Shown piece after piece: positions 1 to 9,722 of a DNA stretch of 47,145 bases (the stretch's first letter is position 1; the number at the start of each line of letters is the position of its first letter). The stretch covers positions 67,674-114,818 of the forward strand of contig JBBIIG010000007.1 in the NCBI GenBank assembly GCA_037446635.1, written 5' to 3'. This DNA is from a bacterium (GTDB lineage: Bacteria > Zhuqueibacterota > Zhuqueibacteria > Oceanimicrobiales > Oceanimicrobiaceae). Below the pieces are notes generated by a model. It did no database searches. It was not told where the DNA came from and saw nothing but the letters and a program-made list of their open reading frames with translations. The position numbers and the translations under genes were made by a program.

Positions 1-2
1 TT

Positions 3-320
3 TTTGGAAAGCGGGTGCCGTTTTCCGGCGGCTTTTTCATGCGAGTCGCGCCGCTGTTGTACATCCAGCGCTGCATTGCCCAATACAACGAATTGGGCCA
101 ACCCGCCGTTATCTATTTACACCCCTGGGAGATCGATGTTGATCAGCCGCGGCTGCCGGTCAACCTCAAAAACAAATTCATCCTTTACGCCAATTTGAAG
201 CGGACGGAGAACAAACTCGAGCAGCTGCTTCAGCGCTATCGCTTTGTCGCCATTCGCGATTTTTTGGCGCTCGAAAAAACGGGTTCGAAAGCCACAGCCG
301 CGAAGGTTGGGGTGTCATGA
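3..320 (+). CDS. Polysaccharide deacetylase, C-terminal part (DUF3473-type), truncated at window start
   Basis: PFSGGFFMR and VIYLHPWEIDVDQPRL motifs typical of DUF3473-containing NodB-like deacetylases; stop at 318-320. Confidence 0.8.
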   Translation, partial: FGKRVPFSGGFFMRVAPLLYIQRCIAQYNELGQPAVIYLHPWEIDVDQPRLPVNLKNKFILYANLKRTENKLEQLLQRYRFVAIRDFLALEKTGSKATAAKVGVS

Positions 321-345
321 TGGCCGGCAGGGGAGATGGTGGATC

Positions 346-1914
346 ATGCGATTCTTCAATTTAAAAAATATTCTGCCGCGCGACCGATTTGACCGGTGGG
401 CTGGGTTGCTCTGCCTGATCTACTTTCTCGGGCTGCTCACCGCGAGTTCATTTCATGAAATGGGCGGCTACGCGGTGGAAACCGATTTTTACGGCGCGTT
501 TGCCCCCGGCGCCGAGGCGCTGCTGCAGGGACGGGTGGAATTGGATCCCGGCTACGGCCCGGGGTATGAAATTGTGCTGATTGCTTTTTACTGGATCACC
601 GGCGATATGTTTGCGGCTGGTAAAATCATCTCCATTTTATCCGCAGTTTGGATGTGCTGGATCGTGTATAAATTGATCAAAAAAGTTTTTGACAGCCGTC
701 TGGCGTTTTTCACCATCTTGCCGCTGGCGTTTGTGATTTTGCCGTGGGCGGTGGTGGCCAGCACGGACGTTTTCTTCGCCGGCTTGGCGGCGGCCAGTTT
801 ATATCTGTTAATCAAAGATCAAAAGATCGAGTTCAAACATTTGATGGGGAGCGGCCTGCTGACCGGATTCATTTACATCACTCGTCCCAACGGCGCCGCG
901 CTGTTCCCGGCGGTGGCGGTGATCCTGCTGCTGATCAATCCCGATCATCTGCCGCTGGCTAAGCGGGTAAAATCGTTCGCGATTTTTTTTGGCTTTGCCG
1001 CCCTGATCATGATTCCATGGCTGGCCACGAACCAACTCGTCAACGAAAATGCTTTTCACAGCGACAGCCACTTGATCATCGCCAGCCATTTTTACAGCCG
1101 GCCGGGCGTCACCAACGCCGAGGATATGGCGAAGATGTCCGGGCAGTTCAGCTCGCTCGCCGACGTCGTCTTCTACGATTTCAAGCACTTTGTTTTGCAC
1201 TACTTTGGCAACCTCTACCGCCACTTCCGCGATGTGCTGCTGCACTCAATCACTCTGCCGGCGGGACTGTTTGTGCTGCCGGGTTGGCTGCTGCTTTTTC
1301 GCCGGCTCAACAAATGGCAGATGGCGTTCATCAGTTTTCCGCTGTTCGGATTTTTGCTGTTGTGTTTAGTGCACTATGAGCCGAGATATTATTTGTTTAT
1401 CATTGCCTTTTTTGTGTTCGGCACGGCCTATTTCTTTTTTGGCGAGCCAAACCCCTCCCCCAAATTCCGTTCTTTGGAATTTGGGGAAGGCTGGCAGGGG
1501 GTCGAGTGGTATCGCTTTCTCAATTTCGGAGTTTACGCCGCGGCAATAGTGATGCTGGGATTTGCCTCTGTCAAAGAATTGAAAGCAGTCGTAACTACCG
1601 AGCCGCTCGAACTGCAGCTTGCCGCGCAAACTTTGAAGCAGCACGTTCAAAAGGGAGAAATCATCATCGCGCGCAAGCCGCACCTGGGATATTTGAGCGG
1701 TTTGAAGACGATCTATTTTCCGGAGGCGCAGACGGTCGATGAGTTGATCGCGTTCGCAAAAGCACGGAATGCAAAGTATCTTTTATATGGCGAGATTGAA
1801 TCGGCGCGGCGGCCGCAGTTGCAGAGTCTGCTCGCCGGCGCGAATTCGCATCACGAGCTGGAAGAAATTTACCGAAGCGCCCAGCCGCCGATGGTGGTGT
1901 ATCGTATTGATTAA
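346..1914 (+). CDS. GT-C membrane glycosyltransferase (ArnT/PMT_2-like)
   Basis: Polytopic hydrophobic protein; acidic ETD motif after TM1, PGY, STD, TRPNG, EPRY; ATG346 after GGGAG. Confidence 0.75.
   Translation: MRFFNLKNILPRDRFDRWAGLLCLIYFLGLLTASSFHEMGGYAVETDFYGAFAPGAEALLQGRVELDPGYGPGYEIVLIAFYWITGDMFAAGKIISILSAVWMCWIVYKLIKKVFDSRLAFFTILPLAFVILPWAVVASTDVFFAGLAAASLYLLIKDQKIEFKHLMGSGLLTGFIYITRPNGAALFPAVAVILLLINPDHLPLAKRVKSFAIFFGFAALIMIPWLATNQLVNENAFHSDSHLIIASHFYSRPGVTNAEDMAKMSGQFSSLADVVFYDFKHFVLHYFGNLYRHFRDVLLHSITLPAGLFVLPGWLLLFRRLNKWQMAFISFPLFGFLLLCLVHYEPRYYLFIIAFFVFGTAYFFFGEPNPSPKFRSLEFGEGWQGVEWYRFLNFGVYAAAIVMLGFASVKELKAVVTTEPLELQLAAQTLKQHVQKGEIIIARKPHLGYLSGLKTIYFPEAQTVDELIAFAKARNAKYLLYGEIESARRPQLQSLLAGANSHHELEEIYRSAQPPMVVYRID
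1451..1503. repeat. Palindromic element within the GT-C coding sequence
   Basis: CCTCCCCCAAATTCC-GTTCTTT-GGAATTTGGGGAAGG (15-bp stem, 1 mismatch) encoding PSPKFRSLEFGEG. Confidence 0.7.
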
Positions 1915-1920
1915 AGTAAG

Positions 1921-1947
1921 TGTCATTTCGAGCGCAGCGAGAAATCT
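1921..1947 (+). repeat. REP-like intergenic palindrome (TGTCAT family)
   Basis: TGTCATTTCGAGCGCAGCGAGAAATCT; related copy at 19767-19799 on the minus strand. Confidence 0.65.
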
Positions 1948-2037
1948 GAACAGGAATAAATTTTAGAATTTGATGGGAGTACAAAAATGGTAAAGGGAGT
2001 TACTGGACGTGTTTCAAACATCAGGAGAAGAAAACCA

Positions 2038-5000
2038 ATGAACCGGTTTATCAACTTACAAAGAGGCGTCAGCATTGGAATCGCGGTTCTTGCTTTTTTC
2101 GTGCTGACCGCATTTGCCAGCGCCCAGATTAAAATTATGCCGCTGGGCGACTCGATCACTCGCGGAGTCATGAATTTGAACCCCACGGACAACGACAGCG
2201 GCTATCGCGTTGACCTCGATCGCCTGCTGGACAATGCTGGAGTGAATTTTGATTTCGTGGGACGTTTGAACAACCCCATCAGCGGCGCAACCTTTGATGC
2301 CAACCACGAAGGCCACAACGGTCAGCGCGCCGATCAGTTGCTCGCACAAATGAACACCATCTTGAACACCAATGTCCCCGATATTGTGCTTTTGCACATC
2401 GGCACCAACGATGTTTCCAACGGCGACGCCAACAGCAGCACGATTCTCGAAATCAGCCAAATTGTCGATGCCATCAAAAATAAGAACGCCAATACCAAGA
2501 TCATTCTTGCCAGCCTGGTACCGCGCGTGGATGATCCATCTAAAGACGATAACACCACTGCTCTAAATGCATTGATTGAAGACTTGGTGCAGAGCAAGCG
2601 CGGCGCTGGCGTCAAAATCTGGTACGCTGGCATGAACGAAATTTTTAAAGCCAACGCCAATTTTGCAACCGAATATTTCACCGCCCCAGACGGTGTACAC
2701 CCCAATGACGCCGGTTACGGCGTGATGGCCCAGGTGTGGTTGGACTTGATTTTGATCGCCCAGGGCGGAACGGACCCGGCCATCACGGATAATTTTGAGC
2801 GCAGCAACCTCGGCATTATTTGGCATTCGGATGCGGAAAACGTTCTTCAAAACGGCGATTTGGTTAATACCGCTACCAGCGGAACGGGCCGCTGGAATTA
2901 TATGTCCACCTATCGCAATCAAAAAAACCCCAATCGCGTGTCCATAAAATGGAGTTCGAGCGCAGATGCGAATGGTATTGCTAACGGCGGCTTAGCCCTG
3001 CTGTTAAATGATCCGACACGAACCGCCGACGGATATATGGCCTATATCACGCCCGCTGATAACATGCTGCGGCTCTGGACGATTAAGGATGGCAACACCG
3101 ATCAGGATACGAACCTCGAAAAAGTCAGCACCGCCCCCGCGCCACAACCAGGCGATGTTTTCCGAATGGATGTGACCGTTGGCGCAACGTTACAGTTTGA
3201 CTACTATGTCAACGATGTTTTGGGGGGGACGATTACTGTCAACCCGGCTCAGCCGCCACAAGGGGTCACTCTTCCAAGCCTGGGCTCCAATCTCTACTCC
3301 GGCGTGATTTTGAACCACAGCCAGGCCAACGACATCGAAGAATTCTCCATTGTGAAATTCAGCGACACCACGCCGCCGGCGGCCATCACCAATCTCGCTA
3401 CCGGCAACGTCACCGCCACCTCCGTTGGGCTAACCTGGACCGCTGTCGGCGATGACGGCCTCGATGGCCAGGCCGCCAGCTATGATTTGCGCTACTCGAC
3501 TTCAAACATCACCGCGCAGAATTTTGCCTCGGCCACGCAAGTGACCGGCGTGCCGGCGCCCGGCGTTTCCGGCGCGGCGCAGTCGTTCACGGTGGGCGGG
3601 CTGCTTTCTGGCACCACCTACTTTTTCGCCATCAAAGCGAAAGACGAAGCGGGAAATTCTGGCGCTATTTCCAATGTGGTGAGCGCCAGCACCTCCCAGG
3701 GCAACGTGGTGGTTGATAATTTCGATCGCACCACCCTTGGTGAAAACTGGACGGCCGATGCCGGCTACCAGATTGTTGATAATGAGCTGAGCAACACCTC
3801 CACTTCAGAGAGCTGGGATGAATTGGCTATTTACAACGCCCGTAAAAATCCCGCGGAAGTTTCGTTTCAATGGGCGCCCGATGCCGGCGCGACTGGCATT
3901 GACCAGGCGGGATTTGCCATCGTGGTGGGCTCCGCCAGCCCGAATTCCAGCGGCTACGCCATTTCACGGCGCAATCCCAACCAGCAGCTTCGCTTGTGGA
4001 ATGTCGTCAATGGCGCGCTCTTGGGCACGCCCATTCACATTTTTGGCGATCAGGCCGGTGAGGTGCTCAATCTCACTCCGCCTGCCGCCGGCGACGTCGT
4101 CCGCATTGTCATCTCCATTGACCCGGACGGCAACCATTTTGACTTCTATAAAAATGATGTCTTCGATGCTCGAGTTACGGATCCAAATAAAACCTATGAT
4201 CTGACGCAGGATTACTGGGCCGGCGTGGCGCTGCGCGCAAATAACCCGGGCCCGGTCGTCATTAATAATGACATTGATAATTTCCAGCTCCTTTTGCAAG
4301 CCGGCGCGCCGTCGCAATTGGTTAAAGTTTCCGGCGATTTGCAGAGCGCTCCCGCCGGGCAGCCGCTTGCAGAGCCATTTGTGGTGAGGCTGACCGATGA
4401 CAGCGGCAACCCCATTGGCGGCGCCAACGTGAATTTCGTGGTGACCGCCGGCGGCGGCACCCTCGACGTCCCCCCGCCTTCAGAGAATATTGTGATCGAG
4501 GCCGAGGTGGGCAGCCTCACGGCGCCGATGGTGGTGAGCAATGACGCCCTGGCCTCCAATGGAAAATTCATTCAGGTTCCGGAAGGGCAGGGAAACGGGA
4601 CCGGTAAGGCCACTTATTCTTTCAACGTGGAGGTGGCCGGCGAGTACATCATGTGGGGCCGCGCCATCACCCCAGATGTTAACGGCGACGTCTTCAATAT
4701 TAAAATGGATAACGGCCAGGAATATTTGTGGGACGTGGGGCAGCGCGCCTTCTTTGGCCAACCGTGGTTTTGGGATGCGGTTTCCCACCGCGGCACCGGC
4801 AGCGCCACCAATCCGCAGATTAACCCGGTGAAATTTAATTTGACGGCCGGTGTTCATACCCTGACCATTCGCGAGGGCAAAGACGGCGCGAAGCTCGATC
4901 AATTTTTGTTGACGCGCGACGTCAACTTCGTGCCCACCAACATTCAGGAGGCGGGCGGCACCTTCACCGACGCCGCCGGCGAAGCCCGTGCCACGTTGAC

Positions 5001-8000
5001 GTTAGGCCCCCAAATCGGTACCAACACCGTGGAAGCGCGATTTGGCGCTGTTGCACCGGTTGTGTTCACCGCCAACGGCACCTCTGGCCCACCGACGACC
5101 ATCACCAAGATTTCGGGCGACAATCAGAATAATCTGGTTCCCCCCGGCGGTACGCTGCCGGCGCCGTTTGTGGTGGAGCTGCGCGACGCCAACGGCAATT
5201 TGAATTTGAATTATCCGGTTAATTTTACGGTGATCTCCGGCAACGGCACCATGTCCAGCCCCAACCCGGTGAATACCGATCCGGTTACGGGTCGCGCGCA
5301 AAATACCCTCACCCTGGCGACGGATACCGGGATCAACCAAGTGAAGATTACCGCCACGGGTTATACCGGCCCGGATGTCATTTTTACTGCCACTCCGACG
5401 CCCGGCAACCCGGACTCGCTGAAGTTGGTGGCTGGCAACAATCAAACTGGCACGGCCGGCTTGCCGCTGGCGCAGCCATTTCAGGTCAAAGTTTTTGACG
5501 CGCTGAAAACACCCATTGCCAATCACAGCGTTACGTTTACCGTGACGGGCGGCGGCGGCATGTTTGGCCTCAGCAATCAGACCACGGTTCAAACCGATGC
5601 CCAGGGCGTGGCTTCCGCAACCTTGACTTTGGGGCCAACGCCGGGCGCGGCCAACACGGCTCAGGCCACCGCCACCTTTCAGGGGACGCCGCTGAAAGGC
5701 TCGCCGGTGAATTTCACCGCCACCGCCCTAACGCCGCAAACCCTGCAAGCCGTTTCGGCGTTGACGCACACCGGCACCGCCAATTTACCATTGGCCGATT
5801 CTATTAAAGTGCGCGTGCGGGATACGCAAAATAATCCGTTGCCCAACTACCCCGTAAACTTCACGGTTATTTTAGGCGGCGGGAAGGTGAACGGCAGCGA
5901 TAACATCAACGTCAATACCGATTTGAACGGCATCGCCAAAGTGCAGTGGCGGTTGGGTTCCATCGCCGGCACGAATAATAATAAGATTCGCGCCAGCGCC
6001 ACGTTCAACAGCCAGCCGCTCACCGGCTCGCCCATCGAATTTACCGCCTCCGCCAGTCCTGCGCCGGCTACGACTTTGATTAAAGTCTCCGGCGACGAGC
6101 AAAGCGGCCTGATTCAAAATCCGCTGGCGCAGCCGTTTGTGGTGAAAGTAACCGATGGCGCCAACGCCATTGCCAACTGGCCGGTGGAATTTGAAGTAAC
6201 CGGCGGCGGCGGCAATTTTAACGGCCAGACTTCTATAACGGTTAGCACCAACAGCAGCGGCGAGGCCTCTGCAACCTTGACTTTGGGAAGCACCGCCGGC
6301 ACGCCGCAGAATCCATTCAACAACACGGTGCAAGTTAGCTCGGAGAACAACGGCCAGCAGTTGCAGGGGTCGCCGCTTACGTTCCGCGCTTCGGCCATTG
6401 CGACCGGCGCTAAGTTCATCGATTTGGTTGCCGGCGGCAATCAAACCGGTCAAGCGGGGCTGCCGTTGGCGCAGAAGGTTCAAGTGAAAGTGACCGACAA
6501 CACGCACAGCAATCCCATCAACAATCATCCGGTTACGTTTAGAATTACGGCGGGCGGCGGCACCATCAACGGCACGGCCGCCAGCGACACCCTTAAGCAA
6601 ATCAACACCAACAGCAGCGGCGTGGCCGAAGCGACCTGGTATCTCGGCGGCGTGTTGGGCGCGAATAACCAGAAGCTGCGGGTTACTGCCAACGACGGCA
6701 TTAACCAGTTAACCGGCTCGCCGATTGAGGTTTTGGCTACCGCCACCACCGGCCCCGTCGATCCCGACGCGTCGCTGGTGGAGTCGAATGTGGCCAGCGT
6801 GCTCGCCGATGGCCAGGCGTTCGCCACCATCACGGTGACGCTCACCGACAAATTTGGGAATCCTCGTTCCGGCAAAGCGGTGATCATCAGCGCCAGCGGC
6901 AGCAACAATTTCATCACCCAGCCGACTGACTTGACCGATGCGCAGGGGAAAGCGGTGGGGCGTGTGGCTTCGACCTCCGCTGGCACCAAGAACATCACGG
7001 CGCGCAACGTCACCGACGCTATGGATCTCAACACTTCGGCAAGCGTGGTGTTTCTGCCGCAGGCGCCGCGCACCATCGTTTTGGATAGCGGCAACAACCA
7101 GACTGCCAATATCGGCACAGCGGTAGAAAATCCCATCGCCGTGAAGGTGGTGGATGTCAACAATAATCCCGTTAGCGGGGTGGCCGTTGAATTTGAAGTG
7201 ATGAGCGGCGGCGGGTTTATCATTAACGAATCCGCTTCACAAACCAGCCTGGGTAAGGTTACGGTGGCCGCAGCCACCAACGAGGACGGCATTGCCAGCG
7301 CCACCTGGGTGCTGGGCCCGAACCCCGGCGCCAATTCGGCGCGCGCCACGGCTTCGTTTAACGGCAGCCCGCTCACAGGTTCTCCGGTGAATTTCACCGC
7401 TACCGGCGTGAACGCCACCGCTACCCGCATGGAGTTGTTCGGCGGCTTCCCGCAGACCGGCGGCGAAGCGGGTCGTCCGCTGCCCATTCCGCTGCAGGTG
7501 AAGGTTACCGATGTTAATGGTAAAGCGGTGGCAGGGACGCTGGTCGCCTTCAATGTAGTTGAAGGCGGCGGCACGCTGGCCAACGAAAACCCGGTGTCCG
7601 ATTTCCGCGGCATCGCCCAGACCGTTTTCACCCTCGGGCCGGTGGTGGGTACCAACCGGGTGACGGCGCGCAACAATGCACTCAGCGGTTCGCCCATCAA
7701 CTTCGAGTTCCAAAGCGTGGTGGGGCCGCCGTCGATTTTGAGTATTCTCTCCGGAGACGACGGCAGCGGCGCGGCCGGCTCGACCTATTCTATCTCGGTG
7801 AAGATCACCGACCTGTTCGGCAACCCCACTCAGGGTGTACACGTCGGTTTTCAAGTGATTCAGGGTGGGGCGACGATTCAGAGCTCGCCCAATACCACGA
7901 CCGACGCCTCCGGGATTGCCGGCGCGCAGTTATTGCTGCCCACCACCACGGGCGACGTGGTGGTGAAAGCCACCTCCAATGCGCTTCCCGGATTTTTCAA

Positions 8001-9465
8001 GCTGTTTGATATCAAAGTCGTGGCCGGCGCGGCGACGAGTCTGGCATTGGAAGCGGGCAACAATCAGGAAGGCACCATCGGCCGGGAATTGGTGTTCCCA
8101 CTCAAAGTTAAAGTGACGGACGTCCACGGCAATGGCGTGCCCGGATTCTCCGTGCCCTGGGTGGTAACCATCGGCAACGGTAGTTTAGCCAATTCCACGA
8201 CGGTTACCGACGCGAACGGCGTCGCTTCCAATAAGCTCACGTTGGGCCAGCAGGCCGGCACCAACGAGGCGCGCGCGGTTACCGCACTCAACCCCTCGCA
8301 GATTGTTTTCACGGCGACCGGCGTCACCAATCGCTTCCCGCTGTTTACAGGCCTGAGCGATAAAACGGTTACCGAGGGCAATCTCTTAACCTTCCAGGTT
8401 TTGGCGGAGGACGCCGATAACGATCCGATTACTTACTCCGCCTCTGGCTTGCCAACGGGCGCCTCTTTCAACGCCAACACCCGCACCTTTAATTGGACGC
8501 CTGGCATCCAGCAGTCCGGCGAATACTTTGTAACGTTTACCGCGCAGGACGACAAAGGCGGCCTGGATGTGGAGACCATCAAAATTACCGTCGTCAACAG
8601 CAACCATCCGCCGGTGATCACCGCTTTCTCGCCGACCACGCTGCAATTCAATGTGCTCAAAGGCACGCCGGTAGTGTTCGCGGTGACGGTGACGGACGAA
8701 GACAACGATCCCCTGAGCTACCGTTGGGAAATTTTCACCGATGTTAATCAAAGCGGCACGCTGGTTTCTACTTCGGCGCAATTCACCTTCAACAGCGAGC
8801 AATTTGCCGAAGGCACCTACACCATCCGCGTGGAGGTTTTCGATGGGCAAGATAAAGTCGCCAACGTCTGGTCCACCGACGTGCTCACTTCGGTGGAGTT
8901 GGCCAGCTTTACCGCGCAGCTTGCGGGTTTTGACGGCGTGAAAATTAGCTGGTCCACCAGCCGCGAAATCGACAACCTCGGCTTCAACGTGCTGCGCAGC
9001 GCCTCGGAGAAAGGCGAGTACGTGCAGATCAACGAGGAGCTGATCGCCCGCAGCGACCGCGGCGACTACCAGTTCCTCGATCGCGATGTGGAAGTCGGAC
9101 AGATGTATTTCTATCTTCTCGAAGACGTGGACATTCGCGGCTTGAAAACTCAGCACGGCCCGATTTCGATTCTGGTAACCGCGCCGGAAACCTTTGAGCT
9201 CAGCCAGAACTATCCTAACCCCTTCAACCCGGAAACGAAGATTCGCTTCCAGTTGCCTAACGCCGGCAGGGTAGCGCTCAAAGTCTTCGATGTTCTGGGC
9301 CGCGAAGTGCGGACGTTGGTGGACGAGCGCAAAGAGGCCGGCTTCCACGTGGTAACCTGGGATTCGCGGGACAATTTCGGCCGCCAGGTCAGCTCCGGCG
9401 TTTACTACTACCAGATCATCACCGACGGATTCCGAGAAACCCGGCGCATGTTGCTCCTCAAATAA
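2038..9465 (+). CDS. Giant secreted SGNH/GDSL esterase with FN3, about 11 Big/invasin-like Ig repeats, CBM-like module, putative Ig domains and FlgD-Ig/T9SS-like CTD
   Basis: Signal peptide; GDSIT, GTND and DGVHPN SGNH blocks; FN3 (TPPAAITNL..LTWTA); repeated SGxxQ..G..L..P..V.V.D units; NYPNPFNPET CTD; ATG2038 after AGGAG. Confidence 0.85.
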   Translation: MNRFINLQRGVSIGIAVLAFFVLTAFASAQIKIMPLGDSITRGVMNLNPTDNDSGYRVDLDRLLDNAGVNFDFVGRLNNPISGATFDANHEGHNGQRADQLLAQMNTILNTNVPDIVLLHIGTNDVSNGDANSSTILEISQIVDAIKNKNANTKIILASLVPRVDDPSKDDNTTALNALIEDLVQSKRGAGVKIWYAGMNEIFKANANFATEYFTAPDGVHPNDAGYGVMAQVWLDLILIAQGGTDPAITDNFERSNLGIIWHSDAENVLQNGDLVNTATSGTGRWNYMSTYRNQKNPNRVSIKWSSSADANGIANGGLALLLNDPTRTADGYMAYITPADNMLRLWTIKDGNTDQDTNLEKVSTAPAPQPGDVFRMDVTVGATLQFDYYVNDVLGGTITVNPAQPPQGVTLPSLGSNLYSGVILNHSQANDIEEFSIVKFSDTTPPAAITNLATGNVTATSVGLTWTAVGDDGLDGQAASYDLRYSTSNITAQNFASATQVTGVPAPGVSGAAQSFTVGGLLSGTTYFFAIKAKDEAGNSGAISNVVSASTSQGNVVVDNFDRTTLGENWTADAGYQIVDNELSNTSTSESWDELAIYNARKNPAEVSFQWAPDAGATGIDQAGFAIVVGSASPNSSGYAISRRNPNQQLRLWNVVNGALLGTPIHIFGDQAGEVLNLTPPAAGDVVRIVISIDPDGNHFDFYKNDVFDARVTDPNKTYDLTQDYWAGVALRANNPGPVVINNDIDNFQLLLQAGAPSQLVKVSGDLQSAPAGQPLAEPFVVRLTDDSGNPIGGANVNFVVTAGGGTLDVPPPSENIVIEAEVGSLTAPMVVSNDALASNGKFIQVPEGQGNGTGKATYSFNVEVAGEYIMWGRAITPDVNGDVFNIKMDNGQEYLWDVGQRAFFGQPWFWDAVSHRGTGSATNPQINPVKFNLTAGVHTLTIREGKDGAKLDQFLLTRDVNFVPTNIQEAGGTFTDAAGEARATLTLGPQIGTNTVEARFGAVAPVVFTANGTSGPPTTITKISGDNQNNLVPPGGTLPAPFVVELRDANGNLNLNYPVNFTVISGNGTMSSPNPVNTDPVTGRAQNTLTLATDTGINQVKITATGYTGPDVIFTATPTPGNPDSLKLVAGNNQTGTAGLPLAQPFQVKVFDALKTPIANHSVTFTVTGGGGMFGLSNQTTVQTDAQGVASATLTLGPTPGAANTAQATATFQGTPLKGSPVNFTATALTPQTLQAVSALTHTGTANLPLADSIKVRVRDTQNNPLPNYPVNFTVILGGGKVNGSDNINVNTDLNGIAKVQWRLGSIAGTNNNKIRASATFNSQPLTGSPIEFTASASPAPATTLIKVSGDEQSGLIQNPLAQPFVVKVTDGANAIANWPVEFEVTGGGGNFNGQTSITVSTNSSGEASATLTLGSTAGTPQNPFNNTVQVSSENNGQQLQGSPLTFRASAIATGAKFIDLVAGGNQTGQAGLPLAQKVQVKVTDNTHSNPINNHPVTFRITAGGGTINGTAASDTLKQINTNSSGVAEATWYLGGVLGANNQKLRVTANDGINQLTGSPIEVLATATTGPVDPDASLVESNVASVLADGQAFATITVTLTDKFGNPRSGKAVIISASGSNNFITQPTDLTDAQGKAVGRVASTSAGTKNITARNVTDAMDLNTSASVVFLPQAPRTIVLDSGNNQTANIGTAVENPIAVKVVDVNNNPVSGVAVEFEVMSGGGFIINESASQTSLGKVTVAAATNEDGIASATWVLGPNPGANSARATASFNGSPLTGSPVNFTATGVNATATRMELFGGFPQTGGEAGRPLPIPLQVKVTDVNGKAVAGTLVAFNVVEGGGTLANENPVSDFRGIAQTVFTLGPVVGTNRVTARNNALSGSPINFEFQSVVGPPSILSILSGDDGSGAAGSTYSISVKITDLFGNPTQGVHVGFQVIQGGATIQSSPNTTTDASGIAGAQLLLPTTTGDVVVKATSNALPGFFKLFDIKVVAGAATSLALEAGNNQEGTIGRELVFPLKVKVTDVHGNGVPGFSVPWVVTIGNGSLANSTTVTDANGVASNKLTLGQQAGTNEARAVTALNPSQIVFTATGVTNRFPLFTGLSDKTVTEGNLLTFQVLAEDADNDPITYSASGLPTGASFNANTRTFNWTPGIQQSGEYFVTFTAQDDKGGLDVETIKITVVNSNHPPVITAFSPTTLQFNVLKGTPVVFAVTVTDEDNDPLSYRWEIFTDVNQSGTLVSTSAQFTFNSEQFAEGTYTIRVEVFDGQDKVANVWSTDVLTSVELASFTAQLAGFDGVKISWSTSREIDNLGFNVLRSASEKGEYVQINEELIARSDRGDYQFLDRDVEVGQMYFYLLEDVDIRGLKTQHGPISILVTAPETFELSQNYPNPFNPETKIRFQLPNAGRVALKVFDVLGREVRTLVDERKEAGFHVVTWDSRDNFGRQVSSGVYYYQIITDGFRETRRMLLLK

Positions 9466-9508
9466 CCGCTGGCAATATCCGCTGCCAAATTCATTTGGAC
9501 GAATTATG

Positions 9509-9549
9509 AAGAGAGCCTGTTTCCCACTGGTTGGGAGCAGGCTCTTTTG
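9509..9549 (+). terminator. Rho-independent terminator
   Basis: AGAGCCTG-TT-TCCCA-ctggt-TGGGA-G-CAGGCTCT followed by a T-rich tail, just after stop 9465. Confidence 0.75.
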
Positions 9550-9722
9550 GTTTTAAAAATTTTTAAGCTACAAATAACGCACAATTGCGAAAATGGCTGT
9601 ATATATTCAGTTGTATTACCGTGGGCTCTTCACACAGTGGATGGAAAGCGGGCTGGAAGGATTCAACAATACGGTCAGTTTTAGTTTACTGGTGGTCGCA
9701 GCCGAAACCGCCAGGGGGATAA

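Noticed and set aside
6525..9348. Long minus-strand ORFs (391 aa and 320 aa)
   Set aside because: Antisense shadows of the GC-rich giant gene; no recognisable motifs
9600..9722. Riboswitch in the leader of the first lyase
   Set aside because: No recognisable aptamer consensus and no terminator
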